Origin: the human T2T-CHM13v2.0 reference genome, Homo sapiens | NCBI RefSeq assembly: GCF_009914755.1 | Contig: NC_060943.1 | DNA length: 64,000 bases | Direction: 5' to 3' (one strand) | Shown here: piece after piece, positions 16,672 through 38,103 of the stretch | Position numbering within the stretch: position 1 is the first letter of the stretch | How the letters are laid out: each line of letters starts with the position of its first letter | The notes under the pieces: generated by a model | The model's input: the letters and a program-made list of their open reading frames with translations, nothing else | What the model was told of the DNA's origin: nothing | Database searches by the model: none | Translations under genes and position numbers: made by a program

Positions 16672-16964
16672 GATTCTCAAAGGTCAGACCCAGCAGGTGT
16701 TGTTACAGCAAAGAGAATTGCCGGGCACAGTGGCCTGACATGGGCGGGAGCCCTGGTTTGAGCTCTGGACACGGAAGGGACTTAGAGGAGGCTCCGGCTG
16801 CTCGTTGGTGCTGAAGGTTGAGACCTGGAAAGGTGATGGGGGGTGCAGGCAAGGCAGAAAGGAAACTTCTAGGCCCAGGCAGAAGCATCATGCTGCTTAC
16901 ACCTTCCTGGGAAGTGGCATCCGCGGGGGTGGCCAGCAAGACCTCCTGGCTATGGGACTTTTAA

Positions 16965-17165
<201 letters not shown>

Positions 17166-17567
17166 TGAGGTCAAGAGTTGAAGTCCAGCCTGGCCAACAT
17201 GGTGAAACCTCACCTCTACTAAAAATACAAAAATTAGCCGGGCATGGTGGCCCATGTCTGTAGTCCCAGCTACTCAGGAGGCTGAGGCAGGATAATCACC
17301 TGAACCCAGGAGGTGAAGGTTGCAGTGAGCTGAGATTGTGCCACTGCTCTCCAGCAAGACTGCGCCACTGCTCTCCCGCCTGGGCAACAGAGCGAGACTC
17401 TATCTCAAAACAAAAAAACAAAACAAACAAACAAAAAACAGACGAAGGGCCCTGCTTGCTGTGACCTTGTTGGGAGGTTGGCTGAAACTGCCCATGGAAG
17501 GGGCACCTGTGAGTTTTCCAGGCCCACATAGCTGGGATTACAGGCGCCCGCCACCACGCCTGGCTAA

Positions 17568-17714
<147 letters not shown>

Positions 17715-17721
17715 TAACCAG

Positions 17722-18016
17722 TGTATTTGTTTGCTGAGGCTGCTGTAAACAAAGTACCATGGACTGGGTGGTTTAGACCACATAAATTTATTGTCTCATG
17801 TTTCTGCAGGCTGAAAGTCCAAGATGAAGGTATCAGCAGGGTTGGTTTCTTCTGAGGCCCCTTGGCTTGTAGGCAGCCATGTGCTCATCTGTTCTCTGTG
17901 TCCTCGAGTGGCCATCCCTCTGTGTGTGCCTCTGTGCTAATCTCCTCTTGTTAGAAGGATGCCAGTCAGATTGGATTTGGGCCCGCCCATATGATCTCAT
18001 TTTGCCATAATCACCT

Positions 18017-18047
<31 letters not shown>

Positions 18048-18435
18048 GAGACAGTCTCACTCTGTCGCCCAGGCTGGAGTGTGCAATGACACAATCTCGA
18101 CTCACTGCAACCTCCACCTCCCGAGTTCAAGTGATTCTCCTGCCTCAGCCTCCTGAGTAGCTGGGATTACAGGCACCTGCCGCCACACCCGGCTACTTTT
18201 TGTATTTTTAGTAGAGATGGGGTTTCACCATGTTGGCCAGGCTGGTCTTGAACTCCTGACCTTAAGTGATCTGCCTGCCTCAGCCTCCCAAAGTGCTGGG
18301 ATTACAGGAGTGAGCCACCACACCCGCACATTAATCACCTCTTTAAAGGCCCCATCTCCAAAGACAGCCACATTCTGAGGTGCTAGGGCTCAGGACTTCA
18401 TATGAATTTGTGGGGAACACAGTGTAGCCCACTCT
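17722..18435 (-). mobile_element. MLT1-type LTR interrupted by an antisense Alu (~18020-18328)
   Basis: GCTGCTGTAAACAAAGTACCA...GTCCAAGATGAAGGT...CACATTCTGAGG motifs. Confidence 0.7.
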
Positions 18436-19151
18436 AGCCAGTTAAAATGTGCATTTTGCTGGTCTGTGGAAGCATTGTCTCTTGAAGGATGCGTGACAGA
18501 CTAGAAATACCGGTGGCTCTGGGTGGCCTGAGGCACAAGACAGAGATGGGTTTATCTGTTGTTATATACTACATACCGTTGTATCTTTTGAGCTTTCTCG
18601 TGTGTATGTGCATTGCCGACTATTTAAAAAAAAATTTTTAAGCTGATGAAATTGACACATTATCGGGATACTAAGGGGCAAGATGGCTCACTCCTGTCAT
18701 CTCAGCACTTTGGGAGGCCGAGATAGGAGGATCACTTGAGCCTAGGACTTCAAGACCAGCCTGGGCAACATAGTGAGATCCCATCTCTACAAAAAATACA
18801 AAAATTAGCTGGGCCTGGCGGCACGTGCCTATAATCCCAGCTACTCAGGAGGCTGAGGTGGGAGGATCACTTGAGCCCAGGAGGTCAAGGCTGCAGGGAA
18901 CAATGATTGCACCACTGCACTACAGCCTGGGTGACAGAGCAAGACCTGGCCTCCAAGATAGTTTAAAAAAAAAAAAAAAAAAAAAAAGGTTTCTAGGATT
19001 TCACTGCAATAGTATCTTTTTTCCCCCAGATGGCAAAATATTTCCGCTTTGAATTGTTTGAAAAGAAATGAGGAGCGTGACCCCCACTCTTAGTTCCCCT
19101 CACCAGGCCCTTGACCTCCCTGCTGTTTGGGTGCTGTGGGGTAAAGGGTGA

Positions 19152-19358
<207 letters not shown>

Positions 19359-19959
19359 TGAGGAGGGCCTGGGGGTCTCCCCACCCACTGTGTTCCTTCC
19401 GCTGATTGGTCCACCCTTGGCTTCGACCGTTGGCCATCAGCTGTGACCTTGAACTCCCTCATCCCAGCTTGGGACCCATGACGCCATTCCAGCTCCTTCT
19501 GATGACTCAACCTGTTGGACGTTGAGGCCAACGGGCCCAGAAAGGCAGCTGTAACCTGGGCCTTTCTGCATGCGTGGGCCACTGCACCTGCCATGGCGGG
19601 CTCTCTGCATTCTAGGGCCAGATTTGTTGGAGCAGGGCATGGCATCTTGTCCTTCCTCCTTGGGCCGAGCACCCCTCAGGGCCCAGAACCAGCTGGCTTC
19701 CCCTCCCTCTCTTTATTTTTTATTTTTTTGAGACAGAGTCTTGCTCTGTCACCCAGGCTGGAGTGCAGTGATGCAATCTCGGCTCACTGCAGCCTCCGCC
19801 TCCCAGGTTCAAACGATTCTGCTGCCTCAGCCTCCCCGAGTAGCTGGGATTACAGGCGTGAGCCACTGCGCCCAGCCTATTTTGTTTTGTTTTGTTTTGT
19901 TTTTTAGAGTCTGGCTCTTGCTCTATCACCCAGGCTGGAGTGCGCTGGCACAATCATAG

Positions 19960-20223
<264 letters not shown>

Positions 20224-20456
20224 TAATCTGGTTCAGACTCCCCCATCCACAGTAGCTGTAGCTCTACGGGGCTTGCAGCCACCCACCTGCACCTGGCAGG
20301 TCCTCTGCAAGCCCGCTGTCCCCTGGACTCCTCCTCTAAGTCACAGGCAGGCATGTAAAGCCTCTTCCTGGTTATGCCCTGGCGCTTTGGGGCGGGATGA
20401 ATGTCAGTGGCTCTCTCTCTTCCCCTCCTCGTCCTCCTGCACCACGAACAAGCTAA

Positions 20457-20738
<282 letters not shown>

Positions 20739-21049
20739 TGAACTGCCCCCCAGGTGACCCGGTGTTTTCCCGTGGGCTGTGCCATGTCCTGCAGCTCTGT
20801 GAAGCATTAGAACGGGCTGTGCCATGACATAGCGATCTCCAGAGGTCACTTAGCCCTTTGGGGGTATGTGGGAGAGGGAGGGAGGAGAGCCCAGAGGACC
20901 TGAGCCCCTTCCAGAGCCGACCACACAGCCACACACGCCACCACCACCCCATCCTCGTGCAGCCAGGAGCTCAACAGGGCATCCCAGTCCCATACGAAGG
21001 AATAGCACAGGGTCCCCACAGCCTCCTTCCAGAGCTTCCTCCTCCCTGT

Positions 21050-21370
21050 TTAATTACACGATTGAGATGTAATTCACACACCACAGCACTCACCCTCCCA
21101 AGCGTGGGGTTCAGGGGCATTTCAGTGCATTTCCAATTATGCAGCCAGAATCATGTTAACTTTAGAACATCCCACCACCCCAGAAAGAAGCCCCGTCCCC
21201 CTTAACAGTCACTCCCCACCCCATGCCCCAACCCTGGCAACAGGAATCTACTTCCTGTCCCTGTAGATTGGCCTGCCCTGGACATTCCACATAAATGGAG
21301 TCACACCGCGCGGCCTTTTGGGTCTGGCTCCTCTCGAGGTGTGGTATTAAGGTTCGCCCGCGCTCAGTGA
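21050..21370 (-). mobile_element. Old L1 (L1M) 3'-end fragment
   Basis: CCCTGGCAAC...CTGGACATTCCACATAAATGGAGTCACAC resembles L1M 3'UTR. Confidence 0.55.
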
Positions 21371-21477
21371 GCACTTTGTCAAGAACAATTCCTGGTGCCC
21401 TGTAGCCTGCGGCAAGCTCCCTTCTTCCCTTTCACTGTCTGTATTTTTTTTTATTTTATCTTCTTTTTTTTTTTTAA

Positions 21478-21690
<213 letters not shown>

Positions 21691-21996
21691 TGATCTGCCT
21701 GCCTCGGCCTCCCAAAGTGCTGGGATTACAGGCGTGAGCCACCGCTCCCGGCCCTGTATTATTCATTTCTAAATTGGATAATACTCAAACAATAAGTGGC
21801 CTGGTATGGTGGCTCATGCCTGTAATCCCTGCACTTTGGGAGGCTGAGGCAGATGGATCACTGGAAGCCAGGAGTTTGAGACCAGCCTGGACAACATGGC
21901 AAAACCCTGTCTCTACAAAAAATTTAAAAATTAGGCTGGGTGCGGTGGCTCACGCCTGTAATCCCAGCACTTTGGGAGGCCAAAGCAGGTGGATCA

Positions 21997-22266
<270 letters not shown>

Positions 22267-22616
22267 CTAAGGCTCTAAGTTGGTCCCAGACTAATAAATG
22301 GGCCTGATACAATCCTCACTCACACCCTACTGTGTTTGATTTTATTTTATTTCTTTTAGAGACAGGATCTTGCTTTGTTGGCCAGGCTGGAGTACAGTAC
22401 TGCAGTCATAGCTCACTGCAGCCTTGAACTCCTGGGCTCAAGCGATCCTCCTGCCTCATTTCCCAGGCATGCACCACCACAACCAGCTAATTTTTTATTT
22501 GTAGAGACAGAGTCTCATTATGTTGTCCAGGCTGGTCTCGAACTCCAGGCCGCAAGAGTCCTCCTACCTTGGCTTCCCTAAGTACTGGGATCGCAGGCCT
22601 GAGCCACCACAGCTAA

Positions 22617-23147
<531 letters not shown>

Positions 23148-24339
23148 TGACCGCCCCCCGGTGCCTGTGAGAGCCAGAAGGGCCTTAGACATAATCTGGG
23201 CCAAGCCGCTCCTTGCAGACATAAAGCACTTTCTCCCCGTTCAACAACCGCTCTGATGCTCCCTGCATGCAGAGGCTCTAAGCCGGGCCGTGGGGAGGAT
23301 CTGAAGTTGACTAAGACTGGTTCCCTACCTACCAGAGGTTCCTCTTCTTCCTGGGAGGTGGGTCCTGGTGATATCCCCAGAAAAACACACGCACACTCCC
23401 TCAGTGGGTCCCCACGCACAGCTCTAACACAGCCGCCAGGCCCCTGGGCTGGCCGCTTGAGCAGGCAGTCAGCGCCCAGTCTGCTCTTTCTTTTTTTCTT
23501 TTCTTTTTTTTTTTTTTTTTTGAGATGGAGTCTCGCTTTGTCACCCAGGCTGGAGTGCAGTGGCGTGATCTCGGCTCACTGCAACCTCCACCTCCTGGGT
23601 TTAAGTAATTCTGCCTCAGCCTCCTGGGTAGCTGGGATTACAGGCACCCACCACCACGCCCAGCTAATTTTTGTATTTTTCGTAGAGATGGGGTTTCACC
23701 ATGTTGGCCAGGCTGGTCTCGAACTCCTGACCTCAGATGATCCACCCTCCTCTGCCTCCCAAGGTGCTGGGATTATAGGCGTGAGCCACCGCGCCCTGCC
23801 TCAATCTGCTCTTTCAACAGTGAGGGAAGCCGACTCAGCCCCTGCCTTCCAGAGCCTTTCCGCAGAATAAGACGGCAGAGACGGGGGTCAGTCTTTCTCC
23901 CTCCAGGCCCACTGACATCCTTCCACCCGGCTCCAGTGGCCATTGTTCTTGGCCCCCTGGGGACACTCTCATATCCCGCACCTTGGCCTGGAATGTTCTT
24001 GTCCCCACCTCTGTGCCTGGCCACAGCCTGTTGGTCCTAGAGGGCTTTCTGTAGACAGCCCTTCCCCACAAAGTCACTCTCCCATATGGCCATTGTCACA
24101 CAATCAGTGTATGGTCATTGTCATATAACACACCAAGTGTTTCCTGCTGGCCCTGGGCAGGGCCACATCCAGCATTCGCCAGCCCCTGGCCCAGGGCGGC
24201 CTGGTGGAAGGAGCTGCAGGAGCCTGTACCCGCCCTCCCCATGGCTGCCCCACAGCCCTGTCCTCTCACTTAGACGCAGATTGGCCTGTCCTGGTGGCCA
24301 TACCTGAAGTAAGGGTGTGCGCAGGGACAGTGGGGCTGA

Positions 24340-24678
<339 letters not shown>

Positions 24679-25126
24679 TAACTTGTATGGGGTTTCCTAG
24701 AACTTTCTTTTTTGTTGTTGTTGAGACAGAGTCTTGCTCTGTCACCCAGGCTGGAGTGCAGTGGCGCAATCTCAGCTCTCTGCAACCTCTGCCTCCTGGG
24801 TTCAAGTGATTCTCCCGCCTCAGCCTACCAAGTAGCTGGGACTATAAGCACACGCCACCATGCCCGGCTACTTTTTGTATTTTTAGTAGAAATGGGGTTT
24901 CACCATGTTGGCCAGGCTGGTCTCGAACTCCTGACTTCAGGTGATCCGCCCGCCTCAGCCTCCCAAAGTGCTGAGATTGCAGGTGTGAGCCACCGCACCC
25001 AGCCGATTTTCTGGAACCTTCTGAAACCCTCCAGACATCGTTGGTTGTGTTGTGACAGCAGCACCCAGACCAGCCTGCCCCTCTCCAGCAGGCGTCTGTG
25101 CTGCAGACGCCACCATTCGGGCCTAG

Positions 25127-25414
<288 letters not shown>

Positions 25415-26011
25415 TGAGCAGCTTCTGCTGGGGTTGTCCAGTTTTAGTCTTATTAGCATCGACAAGCATTGTTTGTTTTGTGGTGAATAACAGTATCTCA
25501 GCCCAGATTAATGCACTGGCAGGTGATTTCTTCCTGCAGCCTCCTGGGAAAAGCAAAGAGGTCCCCAAGAGGAAGGCTGGGGAGGGGACAGGCTCAGGGC
25601 ACTCACCATGGCTTCATCAACAGGCGAGGAACCCCCTACAGGGACCACCAGCTTTCAGCCGGGGCAGGTGTGGTGGTGCCTACCAGATGCCAGATGTCCC
25701 CGGCTATTCCTTTGCCTTTGAATCAGAAGGCCAGGTGCCTACTCGGCCCTGCCCAGGTCAGGGGGTCAGAGGCCAAGGCCAGTTGCCTCTGATCAGTTCT
25801 GAGGCTTGGACTTGCCCCTGTGGCCAGAGCTGGCACGCAGGCCTCATAGCCAAGCCCACTCTACCTCCCAGGAGGCCCCAGCCCCTCGTTTTCCAAACAC
25901 CCAGATTTGTACAAGTCAGCTGACCAGCAGGGCCTGTGTTCCCAGTCATGACCCGGTCCTGGGTCCTTCCTGTTATCCACACTAAGGGATGTATTTTCAA
26001 TAATAAGCAGG

Positions 26012-28387
<2,376 letters not shown>

Positions 28388-28725
28388 TGACCGGTTTGCA
28401 CGTGCATTTGCACGAGTGCATGCAGGTGACAGGGTTCGCGGGTGCATGCGTGCAGGAGTGTAAGAGCAAACGGCACAAGATACCCTTGCATTAACAGCTC
28501 ATGCCGCAGTACAGACCTTTCTCGGAGCTGGCTAAATGCTTAACAGAACGCTGTTGCTCAAAACATGCCATAAATGTTAGAAACTTCTTAAAAAAAAAAT
28601 GCACTCCTGTAATCCCAGCACTTTGGGTGGTGGAGGCAGGCGGATTGCTTGAGGGCAGGAGTTCCAGGCCAGCCTGGGTAACATGGCGAAACTCCATCTC
28701 TACAAAAAAATACAAAAATGAGCTA

Positions 28726-28959
<234 letters not shown>

Positions 28960-29329
28960 CTAGCTACTCGGGAGGCTGAGGCCGGAGGATTGCTTGAGGC
29001 TAGGTATTTGAGACCAGCCTGGGCCACGTAGTGAGACCTCATCTCTAAAAAAAAAATGCAAAAATTAGCAGGGCGTGGTGGCACATACCTGTAATCCAAA
29101 CTACTTGGGAGGCTGAGGCAGGGGGATCATTTGAGCCCAAGAGGCTCAAGAGCTATGATTGTGCCACTGCATTCTAGCCTGGGTGACAGAGCAAGACCGT
29201 GTCTCTGAAAACAAATCTATAAACCATGGGTTCTGTGAACAGATGTGGACACGGATGTGTGAGATGTTTGTATATGAGTGTGTGACAGTATGGGTGCCAC
29301 TGAGTGTCACCACAAGTCTGCACATTTAG

Positions 29330-29938
<609 letters not shown>

Positions 29939-30570
29939 TGAGGCCACCCCACACAGGGCCGTGTTTGGTCTCCAGGCCCAAAACTGAGATGATCCACCCT
30001 GCATCTTCTCCACCTCAACCCTCAAAACAGTGGGATGGGGACCAGGAGCCTTAGAAAGGGACACGGGCAAGAAGGCAGAGATCCCTGGCCACGTGGGATC
30101 AGCACAGCCGGGACAGGGACAGGTGCAGGCGCCTCTGCTCATTGTCCCAGTTCCACAGAGCCGTTCCACAGAGTGGGACACGGAGCCCAGAGCAGCCCCA
30201 GTGTTTCCACGGAGGATGTCCAGGAGCTCCTCTGGGGGACACCTCCCTGGGGGACAACCAGGGATGTTCTGGGATGTTCTCTGAAGATTAAGGGTGTGTC
30301 CCGTGGTCACTAGGGCCTGTGCTATTTCCACAGGAGGCTCAGCCTCCTCTCCAGATGCCGGGTGACTCTGCAGGTCCTTCCGCAGGGAGGTTGGGGCCGT
30401 TCTCCCTGAATCTGGGGCTTAGCATCTGAGCAGCTCAGGTCACGGGATCCAGGCCGCCCGTGGGAAGTGTCAGGTGGGGGTGGCCAGGCCCCTCTGCTCT
30501 CGGAGGCTGCCCTGGCGGGTGGGGACAGCTGGCCAGCCTGGAGCTGGCCCAAATACCTTCTCTCTTCCAG

Positions 30571-30696
30571 CGTCCTTCGACCTGAAGCAGCAGCTGCTGC
30601 TCAACAAGCTCATGGGGAAAGATGAGAGCACCTCACGGAACCGCCGCTCGCTGAGCCCTATCCTGCCCGGCAGACACAGTCCTGCGCCCCCACCAG
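30571..30696 (+). CDS. ARHGEF18: ARHGEF18 penultimate exon ([17 protein letters not shown]...SPAPPP)
   Basis: cttccag| acceptor, G|gtgagc donor. Confidence 0.92.
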
Positions 30697-30792
30697 GTGA
30701 GCCCCCACCCCCTGACATGAGCCCAGTCCCAGGGCAGCGGGGCTGCGGCACCACCCGGCGACTGCTCAGTCTGAACCCTCTCTCTGTTCCAG

Positions 30793-30965
30793 ACCCTGGC
30801 TTCCCCGCCCCGAGCCCACCGCCAGCTGACAGCCCCTCCGAGGGCTTCTCTCTCAAGGCCGGGGGCACAGCCCTCCTGCCCGGGCCCCCAGCTCCCTCGC
30901 CACTGCCGGCCACACCACTCAGCGCCAAGGAGGACGCCAGCAAAGAAGACGTCATCTTCTTCTAA
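30793..30965 (+). CDS. ARHGEF18: ARHGEF18 last coding exon ending ...[12 protein letters not shown]
   Basis: gttccag| acceptor, TAA at 30963-30965; C-terminus recognised as p114RhoGEF. Confidence 0.95.
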
Positions 30966-33150
30966 AAGGGCCGTGACTCAAGGTGCAAGGCCCCTCCCTG
31001 CCCTGCCCACCCTTCCTGCTCTCTGGGGACCCCCATGGGGTCACCATGCCCACCCAGCTGTCCCCTCCTCTTCCCTAGCAAACCACTGATGACCGCCTGG
31101 CAGGGGCCAGCCTGTCGGTGCTCTGGGCCTTGCAGCTGTTTCTGTAGGGTTAGCGGTGGTGCCGGGGTCACTTTCTGAATCTCTTTTTTTTTTTTTCAAA
31201 AAGGAAAGTTTTTAATGGAAAGTTGAGCCAGAACTAAACCAGGGAGCTGTCTGAAATCATAGCACCCCATCCGGGTGGCGGGGAGATCAACTCCGAGCTG
31301 TTTTTCCGAGGCAGTGAGGAACGGTGCCGGCTCTGCACGGAGCTGAGGACAGGACAGACCTTGCTTTGAGAAGGAGCTGCCGGCCGGGGCCACGCTCCAC
31401 AGCCGCCGCGCGACAGTGGAGCCAAGGGTTAGGGCACCAGGAGGGGCCAGGTGGCGTCGGCAGCATCTGTCCCCAGAATCAGGCAGAATCCACTTCCCAA
31501 ACAGAGCCCCACGCAGGTTCACCATGAACCTCAGGGTCAGGGAATGAGCCAGGCACGGGGGCATGGGCAGAGAGGGCCACGGGGCAGGGCCCACTGAGGG
31601 AACATCAGTGGCCCTCCAGTCAGGTTCTGTGGGTTTGGAAGCCCATCGTGAAAGGGGCTGACCTTTGCCCCTTTTTACTTGGCATTGGTTTTGAAACCAG
31701 CTGTTTCCCAAACTCTGCTTCCCAAGGGCAACCGTTGCTGTTCACACGCTCAGCCTGTCTGGGGGAGCGGGCCTCTAGCTTCAGCCAGGGCGGGTACACA
31801 CCCTGGGCACAGGGTCCTCAGCCCCCGGGAAATGAGCTCCCAGGGCTGGCGTCCCACCTTCCAGGTGGGGGCTGGCACATCACAGACTGTCGAGAGCGCC
31901 ATGTCCCAGGGCATGCAGAGGATGCACCTAGAGACGTTGCAGCAAGTGGACAAGTGGCCGCTGTGCGGGCCCCTCGCTTGTAGTGAGCTGTTGCAGCTTA
32001 CGGTCCGTTCCCTGGAGGGGTGGAGGAAGGAGGTGTTGGGCAGCATCAAAGGTGCTGGGACATCCCAGGGTGGTGAGATCCATCCACGATCCAGCTCCGG
32101 TGGAGAAAGGGCCCATGTCAAGCCTTGTTCTGCACCCCAAGCATTGGTGGTAGGACTGGGTCCTGGCTGATCGTCCTTGTTCCCAGTGGGGTACATGTGA
32201 GCCCCTGCCAGGGCCAAGTCCTTCTCCCGAACCCAGGGTCCTGGGAACTGCAGATCCCGGGGGGATTCAGCCCTTCTCCCACTGTGCTGGCAGAGGCACT
32301 CCTGTGACGCTGAATACAGTGAACAGGGACATTCCCGCCACTCGGGGACAGATGGGCACAAGGGAGGGGAAACTCCATCAGGAAGTGCTCCCCTGGGCAG
32401 AGGCGCCCACTGGGTGCTGTGGGCTCAGGAGGGGGCGGGGCAGGAGCTGGTGCCAACCGGGAACCAGAGCCCCACAGCCATACAGCCCATTGGTGACAAG
32501 GTCCTGAGAACACAGTGGCCAGGTGTCCCCAGGCTCCTGGCCCCTCCGACGACCTCAACTCTGCCCAGCCCGGTCCCTGGCCATCAGCGACGCTGTCCGC
32601 CCCCCGTCAGATCCCATGTGTGCCATGTTTATCATCAGTGTTTTGTATTTTTGTACTGAGTATCGGAGCACTTTACAGAAGCTGACTGTACATTCCTGTT
32701 CTGTTGTGAAGAGAACATTCCCAGACCCTGGCACCCTCCTGAGCCGGCGTGTGCCGGTCCAGCCCTCCGAGATGCCACAATTCCTTGGATGGGGGAGAAG
32801 TTCAAGGAATTTCTGCTCGGCCACGCGGTGGGAACCCCGCGTCCCCGCCATGTGGCAGAGGGGTCTCAGTCGTGCTAGGCATCGGGCGGCAGCGCCGACA
32901 GCCCTTCCCTCGCCAGTGCCCCTCGGCCACTCCTGGGTTGGAGCCCGATTTTATTTGTAAAGTTGACAGTCGAGCAAATGTTCCTATTTTCGTGGGATCT
33001 GCACACGTCTTTGTCAGTTGTGGTCATGATCTTAGTCACCTGCTAATTATTTTTACAATGATTACAACATTTCCTCACTGCGGGATATTTCTGACCCGCT
33101 TTAGAACTTAAGACCTGATTCTAGCAATAAACGTGTCCGAGATGAGCGGT
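30966..33150 (+). other. ARHGEF18: ARHGEF18 3'UTR (~2.2 kb, Alu-free)
   Basis: Follows the stop codon up to the first AATAAA at 33126; 3' end approximate. Confidence 0.75.
33126..33131 (+). terminator. ARHGEF18: Polyadenylation signal AATAAA of ARHGEF18
   Basis: AATAAA followed by GT/T-rich sequence downstream. Confidence 0.8.
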
Positions 33151-33291
33151 GACTGGCGTGCACGTTCTTGGAGGTTTTATTTGAGGATTTTCTTCTGCCC
33201 AAACGTTGCTGCAGGAGTAGCAGGTTCTGTTGGGGGCTCCCCATGGCTCCTGCCCCTCAGCTCGCTCACCTGCCCTCCGTGTCCTGCTTAA

Positions 33292-33756
<465 letters not shown>

Positions 33757-33965
33757 TAACCGCAAAGGCTGGAACTTTCACTTCCTCCATCTGGGGTGAG
33801 AGGCAGCTTGGCCATGAGTATGAAATCATCATTTCCACCTGGTCTGAGTCCCGGTCCAGTGAGGCGAGGACCCTGCTGTTTCAACAGAGGGTTTCCCATC
33901 ACAAGGGGACTAGGTGTAAAGTCGATCACTAGCTCACTAGGAAGCGCAAAAAGGGAACTCTCAGG

Positions 33966-35345
<1,380 letters not shown>

Positions 35346-35419
35346 ATTTTTTCTTCATTGTGGTCAAATGCACACAACATAAAACTGGCCAGTTGCTATT
35401 CTCCTGATGGTGGGCATTG

Positions 35420-35421
<2 letters not shown>

Positions 35422-35451
<30 letters not shown>
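35422..35451. repeat. (TG)n microsatellite
   Basis: Directly visible. Confidence 0.95.
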
Positions 35452-35452
<1 letters not shown>

Positions 35453-37556
35453 TCCCCCCACCCTCTGATTTGCTCCACCCCAACCCCAGCCGTCCTCTGA
35501 CCTCTGCCTAGCTGACCCCTCCACTGGGATGCCCCCAGCCTTCCTCAGCACTCCTTATGGGCCCTGGGGGGCTTGGAGGCACCCTAAAATGAGATGTTCT
35601 GCAAAGAGGGCCTGTAGTGGCTGGGCACGGTGGCCCACGCCTATAATCCCAGCACTTTGGGAGGCCGAAGTGGGTGAATCACTTGAGCACAGGAGTTCAA
35701 GACCAGCCTGGGCAACGTGGTGAAACCCCGTTTCTACTAAAAATACAAAATTAGCCAGGCATGCTTGGGCGTGCCTGTAGTCCCAGCTACTCGGGAGGCT
35801 GAGGCAGAGAATTGCTTGAACCCAGGAGGCGGAGGTTGCAGTGAGCCGAGATCGCGCCACCGCACTCCAGCCTAGGCGACAGAGTGACTCTGTCTCAAAA
35901 AAGAGGGCCCGTAGTCTTTAAGGTTCACAAAGGGGTCTGTTCCCAGCCCCTAAAAGGTTGAAAACCACTGGACCAGAATGGGCAACCCAGGGACAGAGTA
36001 GTGGTCACCAAGCCTGGGGGCTGCGGGTGGGTAACAGCTGAGGGGTGTGAGGTTTCTCTCTGGGGTGATGGAATGTTCTAAGGTTGACTGTGGCTCTGCT
36101 TGCACGACTGTGAATGTACTAAAAGCCACTGAACTGTCCCCCTTCTGTGGATAAATTTTATATGTGAATTATATTTCCATAAAACTGTTTAAACACACAC
36201 ACACACACACAACCACACACACACACAACCACTGGACCAGCTGAGAGAGTGGGAGAGCGGCCTCCCTTTCTGGAAGCATCCAACCTGTCTGCTCTGTGCC
36301 TGGGCTCCACATGGTCAGTGTCCAAGGCCTTCCCAGCCCAGGCTGTATCCCTGAAGGTGGCTTGCTTTTCCTCCTGGCACCTGTGACCAGGTGGTCATGT
36401 GGCTTCCCCACACAGAGGCGCTGCTCCAAGGGCCCCACTGGTATGAGCTAGTAAGTAGTTGGGTCTCCAGGTAGACAATGAGATGCCCTAATCATGCAGG
36501 TGCTGCTAGGGGCTGGGAAGGAGGCCTCTGCTGAGGGCCAGGACAGGCCTGCACCCCCGACAAGGGAAAGAAGGGGGAAACCCACCAAGCCTGGCCCACT
36601 CGTGAGTCCTGGGCAGAAGGAGCCCCCACAGATGGGGTCTCCCGCACCCGTGTGACCCTGAGCAGTCCCCGGCCTCCCAGCTGCTCAGAGCCACCTGGTA
36701 TCTTCCTTGTAAAAAACAAACCACAAATGTACTCTGGGAGGCCGAGGCAGGCAGCTCACTTGAAGCCAGGAGTTCAAGACCAGCCTGGGCAATGTGGTGA
36801 GACCCTGTCTCTACAAAAAGTTTAAAAATTAGCTGGATTTGGTGATAAACACCTGTAGTTCCTGCTATTCAGGAGGCTGAGGTAGGAGGATCCCTTGAGC
36901 CCAGGAGTTTGAGGCTGCAGTGAGGCTATGATCGCACCACTGCACTCCAGCCTGGGTGACAGAGATCCTGGGTCAAAAAGATAAAAATCAAGGCAGTGCA
37001 ATTGATATCACATGAGGCCCAAGGGCGCACACACACTGGCTGTTGTGTGTTCCTGGGCCAGGCTGTGCAACAATGTCTGCCAGAGGCCACATGTGCACAG
37101 ACTCTGAAGGGTTGTTCTCAGCCAGCAGACTAAGCAGTGCCCTCATCCCATCCCACCACACATTGGCTGAGGTGGGAGCCCCAAGTATCTTCAGCGATGC
37201 CAGTGTGTGTTGCCCAGTCTCAGCCTGGAGCCCTTAAAATGCTCACAGTGGCCCTGCGTCGGCAGCACAGTGGCATGAGGCCACGCCCTCGGGTGGCCTG
37301 ATGAGAGGTGGCGCCTCTGGCCTGTGTGCCCAGGACTCTGGGGAGTAGAGAACAGCCCTCAATGGCTGGAGGCCACTTGGGGTCCGTGGGCAACGCTTGC
37401 TCAAAGATGGAGAGGACCCACCGGGCTGAGGGCATTCCTGAAGGTGGGCTGGGGTAGTGTGGTTTCCAACTTTGGGTCCGTCCTGTGGAGGGTAAGGGGC
37501 CAGGAGCCAGCAGTGTAATAACCTTCACCCCTGAGCCAGGCGCCAGCACCACAATG

Positions 37557-37562
37557 TTTAAT
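37557..37562 (-). terminator. PEX11G: Polyadenylation signal ATTAAA of PEX11G
   Basis: TTTAAT on + strand about 310 nt past the PEX11G stop codon. Confidence 0.7.
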
Positions 37563-37868
37563 TGATTCCCGTTCCAGCTTTCTCAAGGCACGACAGGCCC
37601 CCTCTTCCTCATCTTGATTTGGATACAAGACGCCAGCTGGCAGGCAGGAGGTGCTGCTGAAGCCCTGCACGGCCCCTGAAAACTGTCACGGCTCAGGAGC
37701 TCCAGGCTGAGGCCTGGGGGACCTCGCATCAGTCCCTCCACCCACCCTGCCCATGGGTTTCACCACAGGCAGCTCCATGAGAGCCCCGGCCCCTGCCCTG
37801 GCGGCTTCTGCTTTGCGGGAAGGGCCCTCCGTGGGCTCTGGCTGTGTCCCTGTGCTCTTCCGGCAGTG

Positions 37869-38103
37869 TCAGGGGGTAGTGGCCTCGGCCTGGCCGCCGG
37901 CCCGGGCCGCCTGGTACATGCTGAGGATTGAGGAGATGGTGCCCATGAGGCCCACTAGCCACGGCGGGAAGCGGCCGGCCCACAGCACGCCCCGGGGCAG
38001 CCAGTGCACGGCGTTGGCCAGGTCGGCCAGGTTGCTGAGAAGTGACAGCGCCTCCGACTGCATCTGCGCCTCCATGGCCCTCCGCTTGCCCCGGGGCAGC
38101 GGG
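37869..38103 (-). CDS. PEX11G: PEX11G exon 5 (SPLPRGKRRAMEAQ...LADLANAVHWLP...ATTP*)
   Basis: cacag| acceptor on - strand, TGA stop; PEX11-family C-terminal hydrophobic segment. Confidence 0.95.

Noticed and set aside
31196-33111. ORFs in the ARHGEF18 3'UTR on both strands
   Set aside because: No recognisable domains; expected by chance in GC-rich sequence
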